A stretch of 64,000 nucleotides of DNA from Glaucostegus cemiculus (taxonomy: Eukaryota): positions 21,452,001-21,516,000 of the forward strand of contig CDPCPM010000026.1 in assembly GCA_976551045.1 (NCBI GenBank), read 5' to 3'. The position numbers and the translations under genes are program-made. The notes beneath the pieces are model-generated. The model ran no database searches and had not been told where the DNA came from. It saw only the letters and a list, made by a program, of their open reading frames with translations. Positions 12,786-25,758 of the stretch are shown here, in pieces; positions within the stretch are counted from its first letter, which is position 1; each line of letters opens with the position of its first letter.

Positions 12786-13052
12786 GTTACAAAAACAAAA
12801 TAATGCCAAATCTGAAAAATGGAAATAAAAACAGGAAACATTCAGAAATGGCAAAAATCCATAACCACCTCCTTTGCCTTGCATCCTAATCTCATTAGTC
12901 ATTTATTCTTCCCTGGCTTCCATCCTATCATACAACCCGTCTTCTGTTCTTTTCTCAATGCCACACCACCTGATCTACAACTTTTTTCCAATTCTGATGA
13001 AAGGCCAATGACATGAAATATTCTCTCTTGCTTCTCTCATCACAAATGGCAT
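12786..13052 (+). mobile_element. Penelope-like remnant: inverted terminal fragment followed by a direct terminal repeat with a decayed hammerhead core
   Basis: Starts with the antisense terminus aaaaacaaaataatgcc...aaataaaaacaggaaac; then a pyrimidine-rich body and ttCTGATGAaaggccaatgacatGAAAtatt...ttctctcatcacaaatg, parallel to 45878-45935. Confidence 0.6.
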
Positions 13053-16000
13053 CAGGGTTACCGGATATTTTCAGGGTTGGATGTATACTCCTTTCTAATG
13101 GAGCAACCTCCAAGGATTTTTACATTCCTTCCAGATCCCCAAGCAGGCCAAATAGTTCTCCAAGGGGTCCAAGTGAGCCATCTTCTTAGTTGGTCGCCAA
13201 AATCAGGAACAAACTTTGTTAGCAATCTCAAACCAGAAAATGGCAAACATCACAGGTAAAGGGAAAGAGGCTAAGGATGTGCACGTATATTCTGCATGCA
13301 GACAAACTTAGTCATCACTACTCCAGATGCCAGCCAATTATCAAATTGAGAGCGCAAAAATATTTGCTTACTTGGAAAATGGCAGAGCTCATAACGCATT
13401 TCCTGCTCACGCAGAGTCTGTTGCCCTTAACACGTTGCATTGGGGCAAAACTGAAATTTTTTAAGATAATTAAATTTGGCAGCACACCTACCATATACTA
13501 TTTTATAACGAGTAGTTTATGCAGTGATTTAGCTAGCTTTACCCTAAATCATTACAATTACCCACACAGGAGTCTGACCTCAGTGTGTTTAAAATTGTGG
13601 CCAATTACAAAATGTTAAATTTAGGTGCACTTCTATTTCCCTTAAGCTTATAAAAGCACAAGGCTTTCAAACAACCAAAATAACCTCAGATGCAGTGTGA
13701 AATATGGATGTGTTATTAAAATCCCAACCTTTATTATTTTTTGAAAAGTAAAATAACCTGTTTTAATACAATGAATAATTATGTGCCTCAGTTTCATTTC
13801 TCCAAAGCCAATAATCAGAAGCATATTTCTCTCAATAATTTTTAAATCTGTCAGTTACACAGCAACTTTTATTGCTAAAAAATGTTTAACTCCTTCATCT
13901 AGCTAATAAAATATACAGCAAGCAGCAGAGGGTAAATAATGGTCACCTCTTAATCAATATGCAGGACAAATTAGGACCCTAAAAAGCCAGATTTAGCTAT
14001 TCTTTTCTAACTGTATATGTATTTTTTCCATTGCCATTTAAGTTAACTTATATGCTTACTGTGTAGAAAGGCTGAATATATTCCGGGTCACAGTGCAAAA
14101 AACAAGCCTGGTTAATTGCATTCTGCACTTCACTTCTGCAAACCTTCCATCTCCTACAATAACAGCATGCCTGAAGTGGTAGGAATATTCATCAAGCAGA
14201 AAAGGCACAGACACCTCCTTGTTATGATTCTGCAAGACCAGTGCCTGCTGCCCCAAGGTCATTTGTAAACCTCAGCCATAACTAACAGCAAAATAAGTAA
14301 GTGACGTGGCTCCTCTTTTCATATTAAAATTACACATCAGCACACACACACAAAAAAATTCGATTTCCTAAAACACAGAGAAAGGCTATTCATAACATGG
14401 ATTAGGGTCAGTAGTCCGGTTGAAAAGCAAACCACTTTCTTTGTTTAAACTATTACTATAGCTGAGAACTGAAGAGAGACAGTAATTTGACCATTTGTTA
14501 TTTTTCACCTCAGTCATACATGTGCATCTGGTCAATGCACAAAAATACACATATTCTAATTGTGTAAACCTGACACAAAGAATATGCACCTTAGAATTTT
14601 GCTTTTCAGTATCCTAGTGACATCAAAACATCCAATGAAAATCATTCCATGCGTCAAAGTCTCTGTTTTGTGCAGCGGTATGCAAGAGGAGCTGAAAGTG
14701 GATTAAACTTCAGTCGTGGAAAATTAACATTACATTCTGTGCTTAGCAGGGAAATCCTACTGCACTTTACTCAAGAATTTTTTTTAAATGTCAATTCAAA
14801 TTGCCAAAAGAAAATCATCAGAAAGGGAAACAGATGGCACTGGACACCTCTCAGTCAATTAAAAAACTACCAGTGTAACTGAGGGATTGAAATGAGGATA
14901 TGCATTGTGAGAATGAAGATCAAGTCAGTTTCTCTCAAATGTCTGGCTAATCGCAGACAGGTAACATGTGAATAAAAGATTCCTTTTTACAGTGGAAATA
15001 CCACAATGTTTTTCCATGAACAGTCAAATTGGATGTTATAATTCAGAATGTGATTATAACTTCAAATTACATTTCTTAAAGCTGGTTTTAATAGTAAATT
15101 ATAGTAAGTAATAAGCTTCAGAACTAACTTCTGTAGATGGTATGGTTTTATTGCATTAATTTAGCTTGTATATTTCTCAGAGACATATTTTAAAAGGCCT
15201 TTTATTTTGTTTGGAAACTGCCATTTTTCTAGAATGGCAAAGAACCTAGAGGGCATTTAAGAAAGGTGAAATAGCTTAAGCCCGATGCTAACAGGAAGTA
15301 GAGTGGAGTAATGAGCCAACATGCTTAAATCTGTCTTGCTTCAGAGGGGTGGAAGGATCTGAGTAATTGCATTTCCACTCTCTCTCCCTCCCCCCACCAC
15401 TGATAATCATTTCAGCAGAGGAAGAATTCAAGCTTCCTCTATTCAACAAAGACTTCCCTGGAAAATAATAATCTGGACTGGCTGCAATTTCAGCCCTTAG
15501 TCTGGTGCATTTATCTACCCTAGTGAGGTCACTGATGTCAAGTGCATGCTCTTCAATTCTTACAATTTTGCTGTTCATGACATTCATTTATTTGCTTGGC
15601 TCAAACACACAATGGGAGATGGCCATTGTGCGAACAATTAAATATATACATCAGTTGCGTGGCTTAAGGAAATGTGCTGTGCTGCACGAATGTGCCTGTG
15701 ATTATCTGTTATACTATTGCCAAATAGTTCAAAACAGCAAATTTTCCATTAAAAACTGAAAAGTTCCCATTTTCCTTCAGATTTTTTATTTAGATTCTTT
15801 AGAAAGCTAAGTGATCAAAACCTGCCTTCCGTGCTTTGTGGCAGAAACGCAGAGTTTTGTCAGTTGCCATTTTTGTGCTGCTTTGAACAAAAGGACAATC
15901 TTACACTGTACAAATTTGCAGTATCCTTTATTCAAATTCCTTCAAATTCTCACCCTCAAGTTACCTTTATGCATTTGACATTGAATGAACGAAAGAAATT

Positions 16001-17607
16001 AACAAATTCAAATAGATGGAGCCATAACCAAACAAATACTCAGTAAAAATGTAAATCATTTGTTAAAACATTATCAAATCAGGCAAAGCTGAATAATATA
16101 ATTTTGTGAAATTAATGGCAGTGATATTTACTACGCTGTTAGTTTTTCACCGGAGGAGAAATAGTACACATTCAACAGTTGAGGAAAATCCCAGTTTCAG
16201 TGGGAAAAGAAGAATTTTGCAACAGAACATGTAAGGTTGTTTGAAATTACTCAAGTGAATCAACTTTTCCATTGTTTCTGTCAAATCCAAAATTGGGACG
16301 ATAAAGCACACTTACAATGCTGTGCTATTGACAAAAAAGAATCTGACTCTATCCACGACAGGAATGTCAATGGAAACACTGGTTTTCATTCCATTGGTAC
16401 CAGACCAAGAAAATGCTGCTACTAGAGCTCTTCAGCAACGTTGTGCAAGTTTGCTTCCCACCATCAGAAGCAGGGAAACTTGGGTATCTTTGTACTGAAG
16501 TTCCATATTTAACAACTGGGTCACCTTCGTTAAGTTCAGTGCCACAAAAACAAAGGACAAACTGGTTTTATTATCTGTCACTTTTGAAAATACATTTAAT
16601 TAAAGAGGATTTAGACTTTCTGTCCTGTAGCATTCTTAATGTTTATTTTAAAAACTGCTCAAGTTGCACATTCCTATTTCTGTCAAAAATGTACAGCAAA
16701 ATAATTATTACCACTACTTTTTCTGTAATGATCAAAATTAATAATGACTATTTAAACAATGGCAACTTATTGCAATAAACATAATTGAACTGGATGGATT
16801 TTTGTGAAAATAACTTTTGCAACCATTTTAACAAGGAAATTAAATATGTACAAGTTAGAATGTTTGGCACTTCCAGGAAAAAAATCATTTTCGGTGTAAC
16901 CTCCATAAACAAAGTTTGTCTTCCCTCAGTGGGACAGATAAATGCACTAGACTAAAGGCTGAAACTATGGCCAGTTCAATAATCCACTCTTCTATATCCC
17001 TGTTTAAACAGAGCCTAGAGTTTTTGCTAACTGTTTTCTTCCTTTCCTTTCAATTAGGTGCTCTTGTCCCCAGTCTCAGTTCATCAGTTCAGCACAGCAA
17101 AGTCAACAGAAGGCCTGGTGATGAAGCAATCAGATGCAGCCTGGCTTCTGAGCCTATTTTGGTTACCACAGAAGGGCAGGCTCTTTAATAATGTACCAGA
17201 AAGAACTGGTTACCTCATGACAAGGGGCTCAGGTAAGATGAAAATCAGGTTGGGGGGAGGTGGTGGGTGGGGAACAAAATGAGCAAAGACAAACCTCACT
17301 TCATAGGGAAGTAGCAGGATCAAAAGCTGAGTCTGAACAATAGAAAGAGTGACAGACAGCAACACAGAATACATTCGTTTTTTTTAAATTCTTAGAATAT
17401 ACAGTGCATATTAAAAAGGTTTACACACTATTAAAATCACATTTGATTTACTTATCATTTTCATTAAATATTAATATGCAAATGTCTTTCAGACACTGGA
17501 TTATGTTGCAACCATCTACCACTGCATTATTTACAAACAAAAGCCCCAGTAGACCAAAAATTGCAATGACATTTCTTCGCTAAAATCTTTTACAATTGTT
17601 GTTAATT

Positions 17608-17777
17608 CATAGAGAAAAGGAAAATAGGAGTAGGGGCAGGCCATTCAGCACTGCAGGCTTGCTCCACCATTCAACGTGATCATACCTGTTCATCCAATCC
17701 ATATTCTGTTCCTGTCTTTTCCTCATATTCCTTTGGCATTAAGAAATATATCATCCTCCTTCTTGATTGTATTTAAT
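17608..17777 (-). mobile_element. CR1 3'UTR fragment
   Basis: aaataggagtaggggcaggccattcagc...gcttgctccaccattcaacgtgatcat is the antisense of a CR1 3' end. Confidence 0.75.
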
Positions 17778-17945
17778 TCTAAAAGTATAAATACCACATC
17801 TTGCACAGTATATCCCAGGGCCAGTTACTAAATGGGCTTAAATAGCAGCTACCTGTAGGTGCACTGCTTCAGAGCCATAGATTCTAATAAAGTCAAGTCA
17901 TGACCAAAGACGCATCTGCCCATTCAGGTCAAATGTAGGCATTCT

Positions 17946-18541
17946 GGCCAGATCTTCTGCTACGTGAGTTCACCAGTTGCCTCCAGAATCCATTGTACTG
18001 GGCTCTCAGCACAATCACCCACTCAGAATCCAGCTATCAGTTTATCAGTGAAGCCCAATGCAGCACAAGTACTTTCCCATCAGAAATGGCAGGCCCATCT
18101 AGAAGTACCTTGGCAACCAGTTAAGCCACACCCATAGACTTACCTCCTGCCAAACTTGTCAAAGCAATTGTTTATCTGCAGATGTCTACAAATATTTAAA
18201 AAATTTGAACGAATAAATAGCTTTAATGTTTTAAAAAGTCTCTAATAAATGCTTGCAAATAATTAAATAAATCAAACAAATACAATAAAATAATCTTGCA
18301 CACATTCCCTGTTAGCAGCTGCTTCTTCCAGTTGAAATCAATAGCCCCACTGGATTTATACTGACCGGGTTAACCTGAGTCAGGCCCAGTGGACAGATGA
18401 CCCAACCTTAGTGCTGGATATCTGTGGAAGTTTGCACACCACTGCTGGACTATAAGGAATCCATTGGTAAGGTAACAGTTGGCAATCAGTTGCACTGAAG
18501 TTCAGGATGTCCCTTTGTTCAGCAATCCAAAACATCTGGCC
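17946..18541. mobile_element. Candidate non-autonomous DNA transposon (PIF/Harbinger-like MITE), about 600 bp
   Basis: Inverted termini (t)GGCCAGATcttct and aaaacATCTGGCC(a); GC-richer arms around an A-rich centre; no clear target-site duplication. Confidence 0.4.
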
Positions 18542-19527
18542 AATTTTGTAGGTTCAAGTCAGCAGTTCTGCTGAGAGCTGCTGGTTTTAAATCTAAGGAT
18601 CTGAGCTTTGGTCTTTGCTTGGGAAGTTTTGGTTGCTATTCTGCAGAAAAGCAATTTTAACAATGAGCCAACAAAATTTGTGCATGTGATATAACTCCAT
18701 CTGAACTGTTGCTATTTTGGGACTTAATAGTCTTAGGCCATTTCAGTTTCATATGTTTATAAAATTAACTTTAAAAACTGTAGAAAGTACTAAGGCTTGG
18801 GCAACCATGAGTGTTTTAATAATATCCAAGAATTAATAGGTATTAGCCTTTACCTCAAAATATTTCCAGGGATACCTGTGAGTATTTAAGGACACAATAG
18901 AATTCTGTTTTCTTCAGATGTCTGGACCTTTCAAAGTAGACATCATTCCTCAATAGTGATTGACTGCATTATTCTCAATAAAAGCCTGTTAGTGTTGTCA
19001 AATAATCAAATTCCTAGGGTGAAACATCACTGGACAACACCAGGTTGAAAGCATTATCATCTCTCTCTCGTTCAAATTTGAAATACTTTGTTGCTAACTT
19101 CAACTTTTGTGATTTTCTGTGAAGATGCCCTCGGCCTGCAGTGTGAAGGAGTGAAAAAAAGAGTCATCCTTCAGATTCGTGAAGGACCTGGAGAGTCAGG
19201 CACTTGCACCATTCCCAGTGCTTTCAAAGCTTATGAAAGGCTTGGACTAAAGGACCCTTTGCCTTTCAAAACTGATCAATATCTTTGCTTTTATCTTGTT
19301 TTATTTCGTTTTCTTTTGCTGATGGACATGAACAACTCTCAGCTCAAGACCCCTTATATATGAAATAAAACTCTGATAACCTAGAAGACTGCTACTAGGC
19401 ATGACAAGCTCCCAAGCATCTGGCTGAAGGATAGCAGATGCTAACACTCAAATTTGCCATTCAGAAGTATCTTCAAGTTTCATATAAATGGTACAAAACT
19501 AATTTTTCTCTTGATTAAGCGAAAGGA

Positions 19528-19890
19528 ATTCTTGCCTCCAAGTAAAAAGGTTGTGATTTCAATACCAGAGCAGGACTTGAACTTGAGACTGACGCTCCAG
19601 AGGAATGGCAAAGGAGCACTTCTATTTCCTCATAACATAACATTAAACCAAGGTTACATTCTTTTTCTTCAAGTGGATACAAAGAAATCTAACAGAACAT
19701 ATCAAATAGCAGGGATTTCTTCAAGTGGATTAACATCCTTCCCTCATCCAAAGCTCCTAAAAGCAATCCAAATTAATTTGGAGCATTCATCAAGCTGCAG
19801 CTAGCTTACACCATGCCCTGCAAAGTTGCCACTGGACTTCAAAGAAATTTTGTGGAATTACAACTTCCTTTCTTTATCCTTTAAAGGTAG
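19528..19890 (+). mobile_element. Highly decayed DeuSINE-type SINE
   Basis: Head tcttgcctccaagtaaaaaggttgtgatttcaa...gacttga...ctgacgctccag; core acattaaaccaagg...tcaagtggatacaaagaaatc; collinear with the 34400 copy. Confidence 0.55.
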
Positions 19891-20274
19891 TGTTACTCCT
19901 AAATTATATATTGTCAAACTGTGTATTAAAAATTATGACTTTTATCACTAATTGACTTATTGTGAATACTGAAATATGGATCACCCTTAATGGCTGAATT
20001 AATACTGCCATGTTTGCTGAAATCAGGCCACATCTATTTCCCAGCTTCTGGCCATTACCTTACATGATGATTGCAGAGTACCTGGAGAAATGAATATGGC
20101 TGAAAGTGCCCATTTCTGCGATTTTTTATGTGCATCTGACAGAAATCACGGCAGGAGACTGAGAGATCCCTACTGAGATGCAGAGTCTCTACAAATTGTG
20201 TATTTTTCTGGCATCTTGGACTGGTTGTGCAGAAATTACCCCTAGTTAAGTACTGGGAAAACGAATCCACTGTC

Positions 20275-20935
20275 TTTGGTCCCCGTCATAAAATCCATTC
20301 CCTGGCCACCCAGATAACTGTCTGAAACTTCTCGCAACCTATGTATCACAGTTGACCCTAAGCTGAGTTACAAACCTCCCATACCATCACTAACTCTGCC
20401 TGCTTCAATCTCCATAACATTGCCTGACTCTTTCCTTGCCTCAACTTATCTGCTACTGAAACCCTCATCCATGCCTTTGTTACCTGCAGATTTAACTATT
20501 TTACTGCACTTCTGGCTGGCCTTCCCCTACTCCCTGTAACCTCAAGGTTATACAAAGCTCTGCTGTCCATCTTTCAACTAGCATCACATCCCTTTCATCC
20601 ATAATCCCTTGGTCATCATGATGTTAGAATTTTCATCCTTATTTTTACATTCTGCCAGGGCTTCGCCCCTTCCTGTGTCTGCACTCTACACCATCCCTAC
20701 AACCTTATGGGATACTGATATTCTCCAATACTGCACTCTTCTCCTAAATTTAACATTTCTCCATTGACGACCATGCCTTCAGCTGCTAAGTTCTATGTCC
20801 CTTCTTAAATGTGTTCCTTGAAATGTTTGTCTTGGCAGCCTTTGGTCATCTGTAGCCTGGTTTAATAATGCTCTCTTACAAGATCTTGCAATCTTCTACA
20901 TAAAAAGCTCCACATAAATCAAAATTGTGGTTGTT
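20275..20935 (+). mobile_element. L2 LINE 3' fragment
   Basis: gctactgaaaccctcatccatgcctttgttacctgcagatttaactattttactgcacttctggctggccttccc translates to ATETLIHAFVTCRFNYFTALLAGLP, the typical L2 ORF2 C-terminal motif; gccttcagctgc; L2-like tail ataaatcaaaattgtggttgttg. Confidence 0.85.
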
Positions 20936-22224
20936 GCTTTCTCATGTTATAGGGAAACTCATCAACTAGTTAGGATACCATAGATTTGTTAATCCCATAG
21001 TGTTTATGCCAGAAACATCATTATTGCTCATGTATTAAAACTACCATTTGGAACAGCATCTAGTCAATGACATGAAAAGAAATCAAAGAATGTTAACAAA
21101 AACAAAACTAGTATAAGTATCTTCCAAAACCAGACACTGTCAGTAGATATTTTATCAGAAATCAAGAATGGATGCATGAAGGAAACTTGGTTAAAATGAC
21201 CAGGCCTGTGGAAGGACTGCCCCAAATTGAAGGAGATTTAGTTGGATTTTTGGCTCTTGATTGCCATCCAGTGATCCTTCTGAAACATGAAGTGCGAACA
21301 CTGAGAAACTGGATCTTATTGTGAAGGCTAAAGAGCATTGTAATATTAGGTGCTTAGATACTTGCATTACATATGACACCACTTAGTCAAATAAAATGCC
21401 CATCCTGTAAATCGAGAATGGCATAAACATCGCGGTAACGATAAAATCCTGCTAATTTTCTAAATGAAACAACTGCAGTAATGTAAAAATTGAGCCAATC
21501 GAGCAACTGTTCTTTTCACTCTAAGTTCACAAATCAGAATGGTTAAGGGTATCCTGTTCACACATTTTCATGTTTTGCTCCAAGTTTAAAGTTGACATGT
21601 CAATTTTCCATTGTGCTACGAAGAAAATCTCTCTCCGCAGGTTCTGAGCAACAATGGTACTTAACTGCTCTGAGTCATTAACCTTTAGTGCAGTGCGGTG
21701 TAATGTGATGTACTACACTGAAGTCTACTGAAGGGCCCTATTGATCCAGCTGGTCTTTTCCACATAGTTTGTGCCTTCAAAGTTGTTTATGATCAATATG
21801 CAAATGACTCACTGCATTGATCCAATATTAATTTTCAATTAGGAAATCCACAGGGGTCTTGAGGGTCAATATCTAACAATTCAAAGAAAAATCTTGAGCA
21901 GGTGTAGGCATCGACATTCTCCACCACTGAACAGCTTACTTATTTCACATTTATTCCCTCATTTCCTTTTTACTCTGTCATGTACGTTTCAGCACAAAGG
22001 AGCTTTATTTCCTTACACGGACATCATTGACACAAGTGGAATATACAACAGCACTACGCAGAGCTGTCAGTCCCACGGATATTCAGACACTACTCGCATA
22101 TAAATAGCAATGCTTTGAAAATTAAACATGCTGGTCAACAATCTGCTCGCAAAGATCTGGTATTAAAGACTTGCCACAGTGTGCCAGAATCTCTAAGTAA
22201 CTTAACTAGTACATTTTCTACCAA

Positions 22225-22410
22225 GCCTAATTGGTTTATGGAAAACATTAATTACCATGTTGCTCATTAATGGATGAAATCTTTATTGGTTCCATTGATC
22301 AGTGTGACTTGTTACCCATCTTCCTAACCAATGGCGGATATAACAAGATCATTTATTGGCATATCAATTAATGTAATCAATTCTTAGCTAGCGGATGCCA
22401 TTCGCTGTAA
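22225..22410. promoter_or_regulatory. Candidate conserved non-coding element or enhancer with dense homeodomain motifs
   Basis: CTAATTGG, TTTATGG, CATTAATTAC, CATTAATGG, TTTATTGG twice, ATCAATTAATG and TAATCAAT within about 160 bp of non-repeat sequence. Confidence 0.4.
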
Positions 22411-23924
22411 GGCTTGTTTAAAACATACAAGGCAAAGGTGCAGAGATACTGGTTTCAATTACATCACACACACAGGCTCACAGACAGACATTCCAACACA
22501 TTTCGCAAGCACACACATATTTAACATTCAACTCTTGCTCAATGCTTCAAATTTTGATTTATTCTATAAGGCTTTATGATTTAAATAATTTTAGATATCC
22601 AAAATTATTTTCTGGGTACATTACATCAAATCAATTGGAAAAAGCTTGTTACAGTACAGATCTGATTAGCTTTATTTAGATATTAGCAATTGCATGATTT
22701 TTAAGAGGTTTTGACATAGCTGTTTAAAAACTACATAAAAACTAAAGAAGTGGAAATCTAACATCTTAGCTAACAGTTTAAAAACTTCAAATAAATGCAT
22801 TATTATATGTTACAAATATTGACTGCGCTGGAGGGGCAGTTGCAGTTAACTGTTGACCCAAAGGTTATGCCAATAACCCAAGGGACAGTAGTTTGTCTTA
22901 TAGTCTGGTAAGTACAGTGAAGGTTAGTTTAATTATTGGATGCAAGTTTATTTAAAAACTGTTAAAACCTTTCTATGTGTCATGAGCACTCTGGCACATT
23001 TTGACCTCAGTGGACACAAGTCTCTGTTCAATCGGCTGCCATTGACATTCATTGAGAGCCAGTGCCTGCACAGATCAATTAGTGGGTAATAGATAGTAAA
23101 AACTATTACACATGAAGGCTGGTCACCAGTACCAAGAGCCAATGGCATTGGGAAATCATCACAATTTCATCCTTGTTTCCACATTCATTTTATATTTTTA
23201 ATATAAGTATTTTCCATACAGCAGAATGCAACTTTAAAACCATTTGTCATTGGAGAGACTAATACAAAACAACCTGTTGAAACATGCATTAATTGTTTGT
23301 GCACGTCAGATAACATTAGGAGATAATGTAGGAAGTGAGACAAAAAAAGTTATTTTACATAGAGAAGCAGAAAATATTTATCAGGCTTTATCAAATATTC
23401 TCAGACTCATCCCAGGGTAAGAAAGTAGACCACAAAAGAATTCTTACTGCACTCAGCATAATGCTATTTTCATCCATTTTGCTTCCAATACAGTACATCT
23501 TGAAAGTACTGATTTGTGCTGGGATATATGCATAGAATTTAAGTGAAGTGGCATTCCTTATGTATGAGCCAAAGTAAGGCAAGAGGCAACTAGACTTCAG
23601 CACTTAAACCACACATCATGTCAACAACAAAGTGGTTAGAAAGTGAGAAATAATTATTTTCTGTTCTGGATATTTCTAAGGCCAAGATTAATGTCTCCGG
23701 GATCACTTGGGCTTAAAAATTGAACTTACACTCGATTGTGGCACGTAAATTTACCAATGCAGAACTAACTTTTTGTCCAATCAGTGAAACCATTGAGTTA
23801 TAGTATCTAGGAGGTGCAAAGTTAAGAAATTCAGCATACTTAGCCCCAATGTTAAATGTTAAACATGTGGACAAACAATACAAAATTCATTAATTCTTAT
23901 GAAAGTTTTCACAACATCTAGCTT

Positions 23925-24460
23925 TTCTGCACAACCCTTAATGTAATAATGCTCTGAGATGCTTCATGGGACCATTAAAGAAATTCAATGTAAGATATTA
24001 GATAAAATGTGATTATGGAGTTAAGGACATCTATAAGGTGTAACAATAGAGAGTAGTGGAAGCTAAGGGAGAAAATTTCAGAACTCGGAGATTTAGCAGC
24101 TGAGGTCACAGCTGACTTTGATAGAGTAATAAAGTCAGGGATTTGTAAGAGTTCAGAAACGGAGGAGTGAAGATATCCTGGATGTGGGAGGTTACAGAGA
24201 TTTGGAGGGAGAGGCTACGGAGGGATTTAAAAACAAAGGTGAGAAGTTTACAATCAGGTAGCTTTGGTGGGAGCCAATGCAGGTTCGTGAGCAGGGGAGT
24301 GAGAGGTGAAAGGAAGTTGATACAAGTTAGGACACTGACGGCAGATTTTTGAATGACCACAGGTATTGGCGGAGGTGGGGGGGGGGGGGTTAGAACAGGA
24401 GAGGGGCTGGAATCATTGAAGGTTCCTGAAATGCAGGATGCACATAAAAGCTTGGCATAA
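23925..24460 (-). mobile_element. L2 LINE 3' fragment
   Basis: Minus-strand peptide IQKSAVSVLT...LTPLLTNLHWLP...KLLTFVFKSL (L2 ORF2 C-terminus), seen within ORF 24106..24660. Confidence 0.85.
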
Positions 24461-24517
24461 AATTGATACTTCATTTGCAATGCTTGTTGCTTGTATATTG
24501 AAACACATAAAATGAAA

Positions 24518-24778
24518 AATATCCATTCCTGCCCCGCTGTCAGCCATGTCTCCGTAATAGCCACAATATCATAGCCCCATGTACTTATCCAAGCTCTCAG
24601 TTCATCTCCCTTGTTCCTGATGCTTCTCGCATTCAAGTAAAGGCACTTTAGCCCACCCACCTTATTACTTTTGTAGCCTGTACTCTGCTTCGCCTTCCTT
24701 GCAGCCTCTCTACCTGACAGATCTGACTTTTCCCCATCCCCTTCTTCCTCTGACCTACTCCTCTGGTTCCCTTCCCCC
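24518..24778 (-). mobile_element. Inverted 5' segment of a CR1 LINE: ORF1/ORF2 junction and APE endonuclease N-terminus
   Basis: LKCLYLNARSIRNKGDELRAWISTWGYDIVAITETWL (APE-type endonuclease motifs NxR and ITETWL), directly abutting the plus-strand RT segment. Confidence 0.9.
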
Positions 24779-25758
24779 TCTACTTTTTGTGATATTTATT
24801 AACGACTTAGATGAGGGAGTGGAAGGCTGGGTTAACAAGTTTGTAGATGACACAAAGATTGGTGGTGTTGTGGATAGTGTAGAGGGATGTTGAAGCTTGC
24901 AGAGGGATATTGACAGGATGCAGAGCTGGACTGACAAGTGGCAGATGGATTTCAATCCAGAAAAGTGTGAGATAATACACTTTGGAAGGACAAACTCCAA
25001 GGCCGAGTACAAGGTAAGTGGCAGGATTCTGGGCAGTGTAGAGGAGCAGATGGATCTAGGGGTTCATATCCACAGATCACTAAAAGTTGCCTCACAGATG
25101 GATAGGGTAGTTAAGAAAGCTTATAGGATGTTAGCTTTCATCAGTCGTGGGATCGAGTTTAAGAGCCATGAAGTGATGATGCAGCTTCACAAAACTCTGG
25201 TTAGGCCACACTTGGAGTACTGTGTCCAGTTCTGGTCACCTCATTATAGGAAGGATGTGGAGGCGTTGGATAGGGTGCAGAGGAGATTTACCAGGATTTT
25301 GCCTCGACTAGAGAGTATGGATTATGAAGAGAGACTAAAGGAGCTAGGGCTGTTCTCATTGGAGAGAAGGAGGGTGGGGGAGACGTGATAGAGGTATACA
25401 AGATATTGAGAAGAATAGATAGAGTGGACAGCCAGTGCCTCTTTCCCAGGGCGCCAATGCTCAAAACAAGAGGACATGGCTTTATGGTATTGGGTGGGAA
25501 GTTCAAGGGTGATGTCAGAGGGAGGTTTTTAACCCAGAGAGTGGTTGGTGCATGGAATGCACTGCCTGGGGTGGTGGTGGAGGCTGATACATTGGACAAG
25601 TTCAAGAGATTGTTTGATAAGGATATGGAGGAATTTAAGATAGAGGGATATGTGGGAGGAAGGGGTTAGATAGTCTTAGGTGTGGTTTGAAGGGCGGCAC
25701 AACATGGTGGGCCAAAGGGCCTGTATTGTGCTGTATTGTTCTATGGATCTATGGTTCT
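24776..25758 (+). mobile_element. Young CR1 LINE 3' portion (RT C-terminal half, 3'UTR, tail); pseudogenised
   Basis: PLLFVIFINDLDEG...KFVDDTKIGG, stop at 24891-93, WQMDFNPEKC, RPHLEYCVQFWSP, frameshift near 25380, tail ctatggatctatggttctatg. Confidence 0.96.
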
